Below are positions 22,811 to 34,793 of a DNA stretch of 64,000 nt, in pieces (the stretch's first letter is position 1; each line of letters begins with the position of its first letter). Source of the DNA: Moniliella sp. 'wahieum' (Eukaryota). The notes below the pieces were generated by a model. That model saw nothing but the letters and a program-made list of their open reading frames with translations, ran no database searches and was not told the DNA's origin. The DNA lies in contig RSEE01000046.1 of the NCBI GenBank assembly GCA_003971905.1, positions 434,001 to 498,000 of the forward strand, given 5' to 3'. Position numbers and translations under genes: made by a program.

Positions 22811-24958
22811 ACCACTATCCTGACCTTTTCACACACACGCGTCTTCCTCTGTACTTTGACTGCTTCAGTAACGTGGATGAGAGGAATAGAACAGTCTCTC
22901 ACCGACAGTTTCGTGGCTCGTCGTTTGGGCAGAGCACACCCCTACTTGGAGCACGGTGGCACTCGCTATAATATGTGCTGTGTTACCGTCGTATCAAGAA
23001 AGCCCATCAGCATAGCAGCAACCCAAGTATACCATTCATACTTACTAGTGCGAGGACAGTTCAAGTTTTCGCACTTCGGCGGTCGCGCAAGTTGTATAAA
23101 TTCGTGAGTTGGGTCCTCCATCTGATTGTGGCTCCATGACGAACGTGCGCTTATTATTTGTGTCTGCGCCTGATATACCGTACCTTTTGATGATCTGCTC
23201 TGTCGCTCTCAACCGTATATCTCACAAAGGGAAACCAGCAAAGCACTAATCGCCCGACGCATTTGGAGCAACAGAGAGATGCCCTTTTGGATTGCCTCTC
23301 TCTTGCAACGCTAAAGAAGGAAGCCAAATACCCTACAGTCATCGGGTGAGGTGAATCAGTAACGTGCCACGTACACAAGTCGGTTTCTTCCTGCTGAAGG
23401 AGCGATTGTTTTGCGGGGGTATGCTGTCACCATCCATTTTGCCACCAAACTACGCCACCCACATATATCATCCCATAAAACCAACTATAGCAGACCCCAC
23501 TTCCGTTGAAAAACACGCAACATATTACTACCAAACATGGCTGCTTCCCTCAACTGTTGATTCAATTAATGGCATCACATGTTCAACACCTAAGCGTGTT
23601 TTTGGGCTCCAGTCGACAGCGGGTCATGATAGGGTGACGCATATTCGACAAAAACGTCGTCCCGCGGCTTGCCTGAGAATTTGACGGGGATTACCCTCTT
23701 GAGTATGTCACGGACGGTATGAACCGAGACACCCACTGACAATGAATAAATGGCACAATCTTCAAGTATGAGCATGGCTTCCTATAGACAGAGTGGCATG
23801 GTGGGCCCCAGCCTGGGAGTCCGCCCGGATATTTTAGGGGTACATTGTCTTCCTGGGGGGCAGTGGGGTCTCGACTTGCGACAATTTGGTGATTGGGTTT
23901 GGCGGTGGATCGAAACCGAGCTAGGAGAAAAGGAAAGGCTTTTCAAGCAAAGGTTTATTGGCGTCTACCAGAGGCAGGGCGTAGGAGACTCGGAAAACCT
24001 CTCATCCACAATCGGTCAACGACCTCCAAGTCGTCCTGGCCTGGGTCCCTGCATGATCACATGTACACCCACTCCGATCATTGAGCACACTATATGGTGT
24101 ACTGTTGATGGTATGCTTCTCGAGGTGTGAGAGTGAGGGTTGTGCTTACTACCCGCATGCGCACATTATTTGTCTCCGTCAACCACACGCTAGTATGCAC
24201 TGCATGAGAAAGCCATCTGGGTAAGGTCTTTTAATTTTTCTCGATCGTTGGGCGCATATAGGATCGGCGCCAGGTTCCTGTCTTTTCTATACGACCAACC
24301 TCTGAGTGGGCATTGGATTTTTGGCTCACCTTTTTCTTTCCTTTGGTTATAGTGGATTAATGAGATTGTAGCTTGCTTCGGGCGTCGGGTGTGCCAGCCA
24401 AAAAGGGTGTTTTGTTGGGGAGCGGGGAAACAAAAGAGGGTTGGGGGCTCTCCGTTGACACACGCGACCCAAATTGGAAGAGAGTTTTGCTCTTCTGGAT
24501 ATCGCCAAGGTCCCCCGGTCCGCAACTCAGGTCTGGGGGTTGGACAGGGAGAGCCCGCGCATTCCGCTGGCTCTCGCGTAATTCACACAGCGCGCCGTCA
24601 ATCCATCTTCCCCGTTTCACATTCATTATGTGTCGTGTTTCGAAAGTGCCAACCACCCAGGGGAAATGGGAAGTCTCTCCCTCTTCTGAGACTCAAACAC
24701 AATGAGTTTAACGTCCACCATACGGCGAACTTCCCGTGATAAAAACATCATCTTCAGACTAATAGTAGAGGTTCTTGCATACAAATGCTAGGCCCCTCGA
24801 TCTGCGGTCGGATTACTGTACTAGACTGGAGCGTTATGGTGTGGCGAGACGGGTTACTCTCTCAATCCCCTATGGTAGTGCAGGAACACGGATGTCCACT
24901 GTGTATCCAAACGTTACAAGCCTTCACCTAAAGCCTACATACCAATGGTGATGCTGTG

Positions 24959-25067
24959 TTCTCCTTCTCCTTCCCTTCTCCTTCTTCCCTTCTCCTTCTC
25001 CTTCTTTCTCCTTCTCCTTCCTTCTCCTTCTCCTTCTCCTTCTCCTTCTCCTTCTCCTTCTCCTTCC
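24959..25067 (+). repeat. (CTTCTC)n polypyrimidine microsatellite
   Basis: Read directly from the sequence. Confidence 0.95.
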
Positions 25068-25439
25068 GTTAAAATGACCACGAACAATTAAAAAATCACG
25101 AAAGACCCGGGATACCCGAGGCGGAAGGGGCCGGCGATTACCCCGTCCATGACGGAATCATGCTCCGCGTGTATATCCACGGCCGCAGTCTGCTCCGCTC
25201 GCTTCCACATATGCCCCCTCAAGGCCAACATGACTATAAACCATTGTTCTCAGAGTCCTGACTGAGGACGTTGTTTTACCATGGCTGATGATGCTTCAAC
25301 ATCCAGACGCTTCCCTTTTGGTCTGTGTGCCTCTCTCTCTAAACTGTGGAGACGGAGCGAGTTCTGCAGTGGGTTTTGCTTCTGTGACCCTATACTAAGG
25401 ATAATGTGGAGGGTACAATTGTCATAGTTTGGCTGACTC

Positions 25440-25610
25440 GCTATTCCAACTTCGTCGTCCCGAACGTCTCGCTCCTTTCCTGTTCTTATTCCACTTCGAA
25501 CCATGTCCTCTGCTTTCGCTTCTTTCCCACCACGAGAACGATTTTTACGCTCCTTGCCCTAGTCCCGACTCTGGCCTCCCTGCCCGCCTTAGCCCCGACT
25601 GTGACAGCCT
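25440..25610 (+). repeat. Dispersed repeat, copy 2 of 3
   Basis: CGTCTCGCTCCTTTCC...ACCATGTCCTCTGCT...CTAGTCCCGACTCTGGCCTCCC...TTAGCCCCGACTGTGACA. Confidence 0.75.
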
Positions 25611-27539
25611 AAGCCGCATACACTCCACATCCTCTGATATGCTTCTCCCCCTTCATTCCGGTTATTCTGAACCGAGGCTAATAAGCGAGATCCCCGAGAG
25701 CATTTCGTCGTCGCTGTAATTATGATGCAAAAGTCGGAGTATATATATAGCCTCGCCCACCCACACAACACTACTTTGAGCTGTGAGCGCGCATAGCTCA
25801 GTACTGGCCCCATAATAATTGCCCGGCTTACCCATCGATGTGTCGAAAGAAAGGCAACGACCGCATATGGATATGACCAGTTGTTGTTGAGATATCCATG
25901 AGGATCCACAGACCCTTGCGGCAGTCCTGCTCAGCCGCTAGCGTGGCCAGCTCGAGCGGGAGCGGTTAAATTCCGCGGCCTCACCGATCACCGATCACCA
26001 CTCATTTATTATCCTCAGCGCAATTCCGCCTTTCCAGCTCCATTTTTTTTCTTCACCCCACCTGACGGTGCCGACCGCAACGGCAACACACTCCCCCACC
26101 TTGACCAGGATGAGGCTTGACGAACCGCTGAGGCCACCACTGCAGATCCACGTTGCTCCCGGAAGCGGCATTCCCGTATCTCTGCTGCTGCTGCTGCCGA
26201 AATTGCCTCCTTCCTTTCGGCGCACGCCACCCGAACCCGCACCCCCGATGCCGAGACCCACGACGCTGCATCGGCCGCCTTTGGCGAGGGAATGCTCAGG
26301 ATGAAGGGGCGACACCCCAGCGCGTCCTCATGGCCAGCCAACTTGCTCGCCTGCGCACTGCTTTGAACGAGGACGCTGCCGCTAAACAGGGCAGCAAGTA
26401 AGCATATGTCTCTTCCGTCTTGAAGAGGGGCCATCCATGGCAATTATGGCCACCAAATCGCCGCTGTCTTGTCACCTCCTCCATTTCATCCTACCAACTG
26501 GGCCTCTCAAATACAGTCGCATCACCCTCATCATTTTCTCTTGGGTTTCCTGGCCGGAAGCCGATGATCTCTACGCTTTATCACTTGGGACTTGCCGTTT
26601 CCGGGCCGGCAAAAAATTCTCCAACCTTGGTGTGGTTTCTGCGAGACCTACAATTGTCTTGCTTGAACGCCAGCCCCGAGTCATACGGAGAGACGTCTGT
26701 GGACGTGACTCCAATGCCGATCTCCCATGCCCATCAACTATGAAAAAGGGCGCTACCATGCAATCTACACAAACGAATGGCCCGTCATGACGCGATAGAA
26801 TCCGGCACTAACAGGAGGCAAGGCTCCTTCGGGGGGTGGACAGATGTGAATGGGGATTGACTATAATTGCTCACTGAAAAGAAAGCCTGAATGAAGAGGA
26901 AGAGAACGTGTGGTTGCTGCGACAAAGCACGACGTCGTTGGACGAATACTTTGGGTAACATGGTAACAAGCGGGTACGAGATCTGGTGTCGAAGGAAGGA
27001 GGGTGCCAAGTCGGCCTATCTGGTGGGTGCACTCTTCAATGTCGGGAAAGAAATGGCCTTATTGGGGCCTGCGGCTGGGAATGCCTATCGACTTTTGAGT
27101 AAGGGCGACTGGAGCATCGCCCAGGCGCGGTACGAGGAACGCCAGGCGGTGGACCAAACAGCAAAAACGGCCTGTCCTCAAGGTGGCCTCTAGTGAGTGT
27201 CAGCCGCAAGAGAGGGCTGCTCTCCCAATGTTGGAGAAGACGGTGCGCGCGGGATGCGAACAGCACGGTGCTTGTAAGCATTTGCGGCGGCTGGGCGTCC
27301 AGCGTCCGCCCTCGTCGGCCTCAAGTTGGTTTGGACCAGGGCGAAGAAGAGCCTTACCTAATCTGCATCCCCACGTGCCAGCTGCGGCCGAGGTGGGCGA
27401 GGGTGGGCTGTGGGGCCTGGCGGGCCTCCGGTGTGATTCAAGGGATCCTGCGGTATTTACTGGCTGCCCCAGACTGATTTTGAGACGTGGAAGATCCCCG
27501 GACGCCCACCATTGCCATCTGCCCCTCTCCTTGCCCGGC

Positions 27540-28286
27540 ATGGTGCGCGGCACATTGATTGCGCGTGTGAGCGATGGTCTTCCGCTCGCGCAGAGCAGCG
27601 AGGACCAGAACTCGGCCCAACTCGCCGAGTACGCCGCAGGCCAAACTCGTCGTCCGTCGCCTGGGGCCCGGAAGCGAGCCGCGCTGCAGCATCGAAAGTG
27701 GCGCGATGACCCTTCACTACCTTGTCCGCCCTCCCGCCCCCGACCCAGCGGCGGTAGTGTATGTGGCCATTTGCGAAAAATCGTACCCGCGCAAGCTCGC
27801 TTTGCCTACCTCGACGAACTGGCTGTGGAGTTTGGCCAGTCGCATGGACCCCAAGTAGCCCAGCGGACACTTCGACCATATGCGTTTGTCGCGTTTGACA
27901 CCTTCATCCAACGCACCACCCGACTCTATGCCGACGCTCGCACCGCCCAATCAGTCAAGTCGAGCAACCTGGACAAGCTCAACGAGGACCTGGCCGACGT
28001 AACACGCATCATGACCAAGAACATGGAGGACCTTCTTTGGCGCGGGGACAGTCTGGACCAAATGTCAACCATGTCCAGCTCCCTGCGGGACGAGTCGTTG
28101 AAGTACCGCAGGTCGGCACGGAAGATCAACATTGACGCCATGATCCGCAAATGGGCACCGTGCGTAGTTTCTGAAGCTTAGGCTGATTGGCATGTTCTGC
28201 GAAAGGACTAACGTTTCTTGTCTCTCGTCAGAGTGGGTGCCATTGGCGTTCTGTTTGTCTTTATTGTGTACATCAAGTTCTTCTAA
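27540..28286 (+). CDS. SEC22: Longin R-SNARE Sec22
   Basis: IARVSDGLPLAQS, ICEKSYPRKLAFAYLDEL, RPYAFVAFDTFIQRT, NLDKLNEDLADVTRIMTKNMEDLLWRGDSLD. An intron at 28160-28231 is followed by the TM tail VGAIGVLFVFIVYIKFF-stop. Confidence 0.95.
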
Positions 28287-28517
28287 AAATACCTGGGGAG
28301 CACCTGCTTTGTCTGGCTGGCTAGTGAGGCCATCAGTGAGGCCAGTCTGGTAGCTGGCTCTTGCTCCTCCATGTCGCAAGCACAGCGTCAGACGCACAAG
28401 CCATCTAATCATCCTGCCCCGCACTCTGCCTGCTGCATAGTACTGAAACCTGCGCCACACACCTCTCAGAGAGGGGGAAAATCGATCCTTGACGCATTGA
28501 TGCATACCGCCGAACCA

Positions 28518-29425
28518 TCACTTCTTGGCATCCTTGGGTGGCTCCTCCTCCTTGGGCGGCGGAACCAGCTGGTATTCGTTGGGCAGGTACGACACCCCCT
28601 CGCCCACTTGTTCCCACGGAGAGGTGCCCTCAAAGTTGCGGAAAGCTTGGGTCAGCTGCAAGGGCTCTTGCACCACGCGCTTCTTCTCTTCGTCGTACCG
28701 CAGTTCGGTGTACCCCGTCAAGGGGAAGTCCTTGCGCAGCGGGTGACCCTCAAAGCCTGCGCACCAATGGGGTTAGACATGTGCACAGCACGCAGCACAG
28801 GGAAACACGTACCATAGTCAGTCATGATCCGGCGCAGGTCCGGATGGCCAACAAAGAAGACACCAAACAGATCGTACACCTCACGCTCCATCCAGTCTGC
28901 CGAGCGGAAGAGGCCGGTCGCACTGGGAATGGGGGTCACCTCGTCACCGTAGGTCTTGACGCGAATCCGCGAGTTGAAGTTGATCGAGAGGAGGTGGTAG
29001 ACAATCTCAAAGCGCTGCGAGCGTGAGGGGAAGTCAACGGCGGTCAGGTCCTGCAGTTGGGTGTACTGGCACTGGGTGTGGTCGCGCAGAAATTCAAGGA
29101 CGGGGAGTGACACTGGCCGGAGCAATGTAGAGGGTCAACTCGTCCTTGACCACTGTGAACTGCTGGATGAACTTGGGCAGCATGCTGGTGAGGTAGGCGC
29201 CATAGTCGTGGAGGGGAAGGCTGATCGCCTGGTACTTTTCCGCTGGGTTGATGCCGGCTGGCTCGATGAAGGGCGAGTCGGGTTGACGCGGTCACCGCCG
29301 GCCGGGTACGGGGGCTGGGCCAGGGCGCGGACAGAGGAAGAGAAGGCGCGGAGGGGGATGCGGGGAGCAATCCTAGGCGTCGCACGCGCAGCGGCGCGGA
29401 TGCTGAGAGCGGCAAGGGCCACCAT
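28518..29425 (-). CDS. NDUFS3: NADH:ubiquinone oxidoreductase 30-kDa subunit (NuoC/NDUFS3 homologue), mitochondrial
   Basis: Arg/Ala-rich presequence, then [63 protein letters not shown], intron 28757-28812, [42 protein letters not shown]. Confidence 0.96.
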
Positions 29426-30110
29426 GGTTGTCGGCGCGGCGCGGCGGGGAGGCGGTGGGTGGGGGGGCCGTCGAGGCAGAGGTGGAGGTGGGCTTGCAGT
29501 CAGCGGACCTGGCAGGCACGGTGCCAGTAGCCCATTACTAACCCAGGTGGACCCGAGCAGACCGACGTTCTGAAAGTTTACAGCACCGTTTCCATGTCCC
29601 CACGTGACGGTCACGTGATGCACTCGTCGCCAGCTTCATGTCCAACCGCTGGGGCAGCCACCCCCCAACATATACATGCTACCGCTGGTGACTATACCCC
29701 CCCCATGGAGGCTCTGCAGGCTGGAAACGATCAGGGAAGAGACGAATGTGGCATCGGGTCCGAATGAATGATGGTGGACGCTAGGCGCGAACAGAAGCGT
29801 GCTGCGCATGAGGGTCTGTCAGGATAGAATGGGATGCGGATGGAAGGGGCTGCAGAGCAGCAGGAATGCAAAACGGGCAGCATCACACTGCAAGGATGTA
29901 TCCCTGTGGGCAACAACCGAGGCAGCACAGAAGAACGTTGCGGGGGGGAAAACGTGTTGATGGCCCTTAGAAGAAGCACGAACGGCAGGATTACCTTGGA
30001 GGAAAGGGAGCACGGGCGGGCCACTGTTCAACACTGATACAGACAACATCCCCAATGTAAAGGCGCGAGGAGAGACTGCAGCGGGGTCGAGACAGATCCT
30101 GCCAGGCGTA

Positions 30111-32065
30111 TTAGGGCGCAACCAGGGACAAGCGATGGAGACGACGAATCTCGTGGAGCGTGTCAAGAAGGGTAGCCTCTACTCGCTTATCACGGTCTTC
30201 AAGCTCCTGTGCTTGAGCAACCAAAGGGTCGAGTAACGTGCCAATCGCCAATGCCGCTGCATCTTGCTCCGCACGCAAGGAAGCCACTGCCGCTGCCACC
30301 CCATCCTCGGGAGCGGGGAAGGAGCCGACTTGGCATTTCCTTTGCCTGTGCCCGTGCCAGAGGCAGCTGCAAAAGACATCCCGCCGGAAGAGGCAGCAGC
30401 AGCAAATGCGGCGGTCGTAGAGGGGGCAGTCAAAGTGGTCCATCGGGCCTTATGGTCAGCGAGCTCAGCGCAGACCTTTTCAGCGTCTCGTGCGTTTTGG
30501 GCCTTGATCTCAGCCAGTTCGAGGCGGTGGGCGGTTCGGGCAGCATCCCACTTGGTCCGGAGCGCTTCGTACGCAGCTTCTTGCCGGGCTGCTTCCCTCC
30601 GCTGCTTGCCCATTTTGCCTCCAGCTCACGTAGACGCGTTCCCTTGTCGCGCGAGGCGGCGCCCAAGGTCCGGGCCCGGTGTTCGGCCCCACGCAACCGG
30701 TCTCGCGCATCGGCCAATAGGCGTTCTCTCCGAGCCAACATGCGCTCGGCTGCTTGCACAGCCTCCTCCGCCCGCGCTCGGGCTTCTCGTGCGTCGCCGA
30801 GAGCGCGGGAAATGTCGCGCTGCTCAGCTTGCACACTCACCAAGGCACGTTGGGTTGAGGCCAGACCTTCACGAGCTTCCTGGACCTCGTCGGTCAAGTA
30901 TCGGATCACGGCACCAGTTGAAATGGGAGGATGGGAAATACCTTGTGGTTCCAAAAGGGACTCGGGTTCCTTGGCAGCCGTCTCAGAAGAGGGAGGGAGA
31001 CTGGTCTCTTCTCGGTGTACGTCCCTTTCTGGGAATGAGAGGGTAGCTCCTTATCCACTTGCTCCAACAAAGGTGGGATAGAGCCCGAGGCAGGGGAGTG
31101 GGGCAACGAGCCATGAGGAGCGGCAGGCGAAGAAGAAACCGAAGAGGCAGTGCGCAAATGAGATGGAGAGGTACTCCGCCAAAGCGAGCGACTGGCTCCA
31201 GCCATAGCCGCCGAGAGCGAGGCGCGCTTCCAAGGTAATGTGGCAGCAGTACGCAAGCCCTTGTTGCTGCGCCCCCACGAACCCTTGGATTGGTGCTGAA
31301 TTCCCTCCCCGCGGCCCGAAGGATTTGAGCTTACTGCGCTAGGCGGAGCAAGACCAGAGGACGAGGGCGTGCCACCCTGACTGCTCAATGGACTCCCCTC
31401 GCCCTGAGCCGGGGTCGTCAGCTGTGGTGCGGCAGGCTGTTTGGGAGTCAATGGTGCAACCAGGGTGGAGGTGGAGGTGGAAGAGGACACGTCGGTATGT
31501 GAAGCTGACGATGACGATGGCCGCGAAGCAGAGTTACGCTCTGATCCCGGTGGTTGGGAAGCAGCGTCCGCATCGTTTCCCCCTTCCTTCTCAGCTGGTG
31601 CCTGTGCAGTCAGGTTGTCCTCAGTGGCGGGGGCATCCGCGTTAGGGTGGAGAGCCGGTTCCAGAGCCTGTGCTGGTGCTCGGATGGGAGCGCGCCCCTC
31701 AACTTGCTGTGAAGCAATGTGCTCGCGCACCCGTCGAAATGCATTCGCAACCTGTGCGTTGCGGTCCTCCAGGGCTGCTTTCAGTTCGAAAATGCGGGCG
31801 GACCGGTCGGCTGGATCGGCAGGGGGGATATGGTCAGTGTTCACAGAGAGAAGGGACGGCGGAAACACCTACTGGGATTGGGTGTGCTGGGAGGAGGCGG
31901 GAAGATGGTGGGAGAGTCGGTGGTGGACCTGTGTTCGCTGGCAGGGGGCACTGTGGCTGCGGCCAGCAGCGCTTCGCGCGCGGCGCGGGCGTCTTCAACA
32001 TCTGCTCTGCGCGCGGGCATGCGAGCCGAAGATGCAGGGGGCGGGGTGGATATGCGGGAGCTCAT
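30111..32065 (-). CDS. Hypothetical protein with Ser/Pro-rich middle and C-terminal coiled coil
   Basis: Chain of same-strand ORFs (31841-32065, 30906-31868, 30430-30954, 30179-30613, 30111-30443) with heptad-like Ala/Glu/Arg segments. Probable intron ~31811-31872. No family recognised. Confidence 0.6.
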
Positions 32066-32463
32066 GGGGGGCGGCGATGGATGGGTGGTGGGGAGAAGGG
32101 GGAGGAGGGGGGGAGTGGGTTAGATGCAGGCTGCGCAGGCGCTACTGATGGGGGTCGGACGCCATGAGAAGGTGCTGCGGGTGTGGCGCGGTGTGACACG
32201 TGCAAATTGAAACTACACTCAGCCGGGCCATCGCGCGCGCCCCGTGTACGCAGCCCGCACGCGCCACTCGCCCTGACTAGCACTCGTCCCTCAGCTGCCC
32301 CCGCACACCGCCAGCCCAGCGCAGCACATTTCAAACTGCCATTCCATTCCCAGGTCTATCCGCTGGCCTGCCCACCGTCTGCGGACGCCCCGACGTCATC
32401 ATCAACACAACGCATGCTTCATCAGCCTCCCGCTTGCCTTCATGTCTCCGCTCCCGTCCTCTC

Positions 32464-33900
32464 CTACGTCTCGAGCAGCTGCTGTGCAAAACTTCCTGCC
32501 TGGGCCATAGAATCGGATGCACCATCCGACGCAGCAGCCGCAGCAATGGCCTCTGCACCTCAGCGCTTGGCTCAGCATGCCGCCGCGCGAGCGCGTGCGC
32601 GCTTGGTGCGGTTGCCCCTCCTAGCTGCTATCCGCCACGATGGCCGGATGCTGGGCAGCGTATTCCTGCATCTGTGCCTGCAGTTGTGCCATGTCCATCC
32701 CGGTCGTCATCTGGCTGTCATCGGCTGCTTGGGGGTGCTGCGAAGCGTCAGGCGCAAAACGCTGCAAATACAGGAGCCAAGCATGGATACTGGCACGGGC
32801 CGCCGCCTGGGCCGTCTGGTGGGCCGCAGCATGCAACTGCGTGATCGTAGTCTTGCGGCGGCGCTGTGAGCCTGGACTACGCGCGACAGGCACCGAATTC
32901 ATCACCGATGCGTATGCGGCGGCAGCTTGGTGGGCTTGTAAATGCAGTTGAGTTGCCTCTTCAACAGCGGAAGCCGTCTGGGCCTCAAGCTGTTGTCGCA
33001 TCTTTGTCTTTTGGACCTCAAGCCGTTGTCGCTTCTTTGTCGCTTGGGCCTCAAGCCGTTTTCGCTTCTTTGTCTCTTCGTCCATTCGGGGACGGCCGCC
33101 CGTCTTGCCCTGGTTATACTTGCGCTCGTTCGTGCGCTTCTTTTCGGGTACAGGGGTCAGAGGATCATCAACTGGGAGCGCTGGGGGTGGGGTAAGCGGA
33201 GACGACGTCACCAGCCTCAGATGTGCCTGCCACTGTCCGCCCTTCTTCGTCTTCCTTCTCTTGGTCATCTGGCTGCTGAGATGGACTGAGTTTGCGTCGT
33301 TTGGTAGGAGGGCGTCGATGAGGCTTTCGTTCCTCGTTGGGAAGCCCAAGTTCGCTACGCAGAAACCCGTTTCGCAGCCCCTCCTCAATAGAGGGGACCG
33401 GTGGTGCTGGTTGAAGCCAGACACCCTCCTCCTCATCATCCTACACAAAAGGTCCAAGGTTAGTACCAACGAAAGGAAAGTAACGGGTCAGACTCGAAAC
33501 TTGGTACTTACCCACAGAGTCTTGTGGAGAATGTTCTTCCAAAAGGGGATCTCTTGGTTCGAGCGTTTCATGCGCAATAGCTCATTACGCGACTTGTCCT
33601 TGAGTTGCACATTGTTGCGTCCTGCTAGCATATTGGAACGTTCGCCCCCAACGCCATGCCAGCGCAAAACAACATTATAGGGACGAATTGAAGGGTGCGC
33701 TTGCTTGTACGCACAAATTTCGTCCAGCGATTCAAGCAGCACTTCTGCCTCTATGGCCTCCCATGAGACGCGACCATTGGTGTTACCGCCTGTGCTGTAA
33801 TTGGAGCCGCCCTTAATGTAAGGTAAGCCACTTTTCTTGTTGGGGCCAAACAGATGGTGCAACATACTATTAAGCGGAGGAAGGGGTTGGATCGTGCCAT
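32464..33900 (-). CDS. Telobox (Tbf1/TRF-like) Myb-domain protein with basic repeats and Ala/Gln-rich tail; ends approximate
   Basis: RVSWEAIEAEVLLESL...YNVVLRWHGVGGERSNMLAGRNNVQLKDKSRN resembles the Tbf1-type R.xVQLKDKARN helix. Intron 33441-33511, a GGRPR motif and three ~11-aa LEAQATKKRQR-type repeats follow. Confidence 0.65.
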
Positions 33901-34440
33901 AATCAACCTTGTACGTTCAGTTGAACCTGCGAGTAGCTCCGAGCGGGGGCGCGGTACGGTGTTGTTGCCCTCGCCCTGGTGAGGGTTTGGCTGTGATGGT
34001 GGCGGGTGAAGCTTGCAGCTGGGCCAGTGAAACCGGGGAGAAAGTGGTTGTCCACGCACTCCGTCCACAGATCCGCCCACGACCGATGGTGATCGATGAT
34101 CATGCATGGACATGCATGGACCCAGACACACTTCGTGCACAACACTGCCCCTCTGCTTATTGCTGCTGTTTTGGGGACGGCCTGCACAGCGGAAAGGGAA
34201 CTTGCACCGATCGTAGCTGGTTAAATTCCGACAATACGTCACGTGACAAGTGACGCGCAAGGCGCGACGCCGCTGAGCATCAGCACCGCTCAGAGGCGCA
34301 AAGAATGGGAGACGAACTTCATGTTGGAGCTGCTTTCATTAATCAAGCACGCCCTGTCCGGCATAACCGAGGCAAGGGAACCTGCTTTGTCTCCACCCGT
34401 CCTAGCTCTAGTCCAACCACATCACAACAGCTAAAAAATA

Positions 34441-34527
34441 CGCCCCACGTGGGACTCGAACCCACAACCGTGAGATGGACCTCTTCAGCATAAGAGTCTC
34501 AAATTCTACCGATTGAAATAGCGAGGC
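34441..34527 (-). tRNA. tRNA-Lys(CTT) with 14-nt intron
   Basis: GCCTCGC acceptor stem pairs with GTGGGGC. Anticodon arm TGAGA-CT-CTT-A[intron TGCTGAAGAGGTCC]A-TCTCA. T arm GTGGG-TTCGAGT-CCCAC. A T6 Pol III terminator follows directly. Confidence 0.9.
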
Positions 34528-34793
34528 AGTTATGCAGGACCACGGTGCTACCCGTTACGTTGAGCTCAGTGGCCTATTCTGTTTTCACCGCCCTGCTAAA
34601 AGCCTGCCACCCATTCCCCTCCATAAAAAGACAGAAGAAGTGATACGAAAACAGCTATAGCTTCCCGCTCTGTAATACAAGCACACAAGTCCAAGAAAAG
34701 CAATTGATTACAGTCTTTATTTCTCACCTCCTACCCTCGTATCAGACGACAGCACACCGATTGCAGATGATGTGTGGGCAGTTGGAGACGCGA

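Noticed and set aside
23100..24750. Transposase or RepHel remnants
   Set aside because: No HUH, helicase or DDE motifs recognisable in the short ORFs; a TBLASTN search would be needed.
26015..27280. Possible small gene upstream of SEC22
   Set aside because: Only short ORFs and one GTAAGC donor; no recognisable product.
27540..29425. Calling SEC22, NDUFS3 and other host genes pseudogenes
   Set aside because: Motifs and splice sites are intact and only isolated indels occur, which fits sequencing error.
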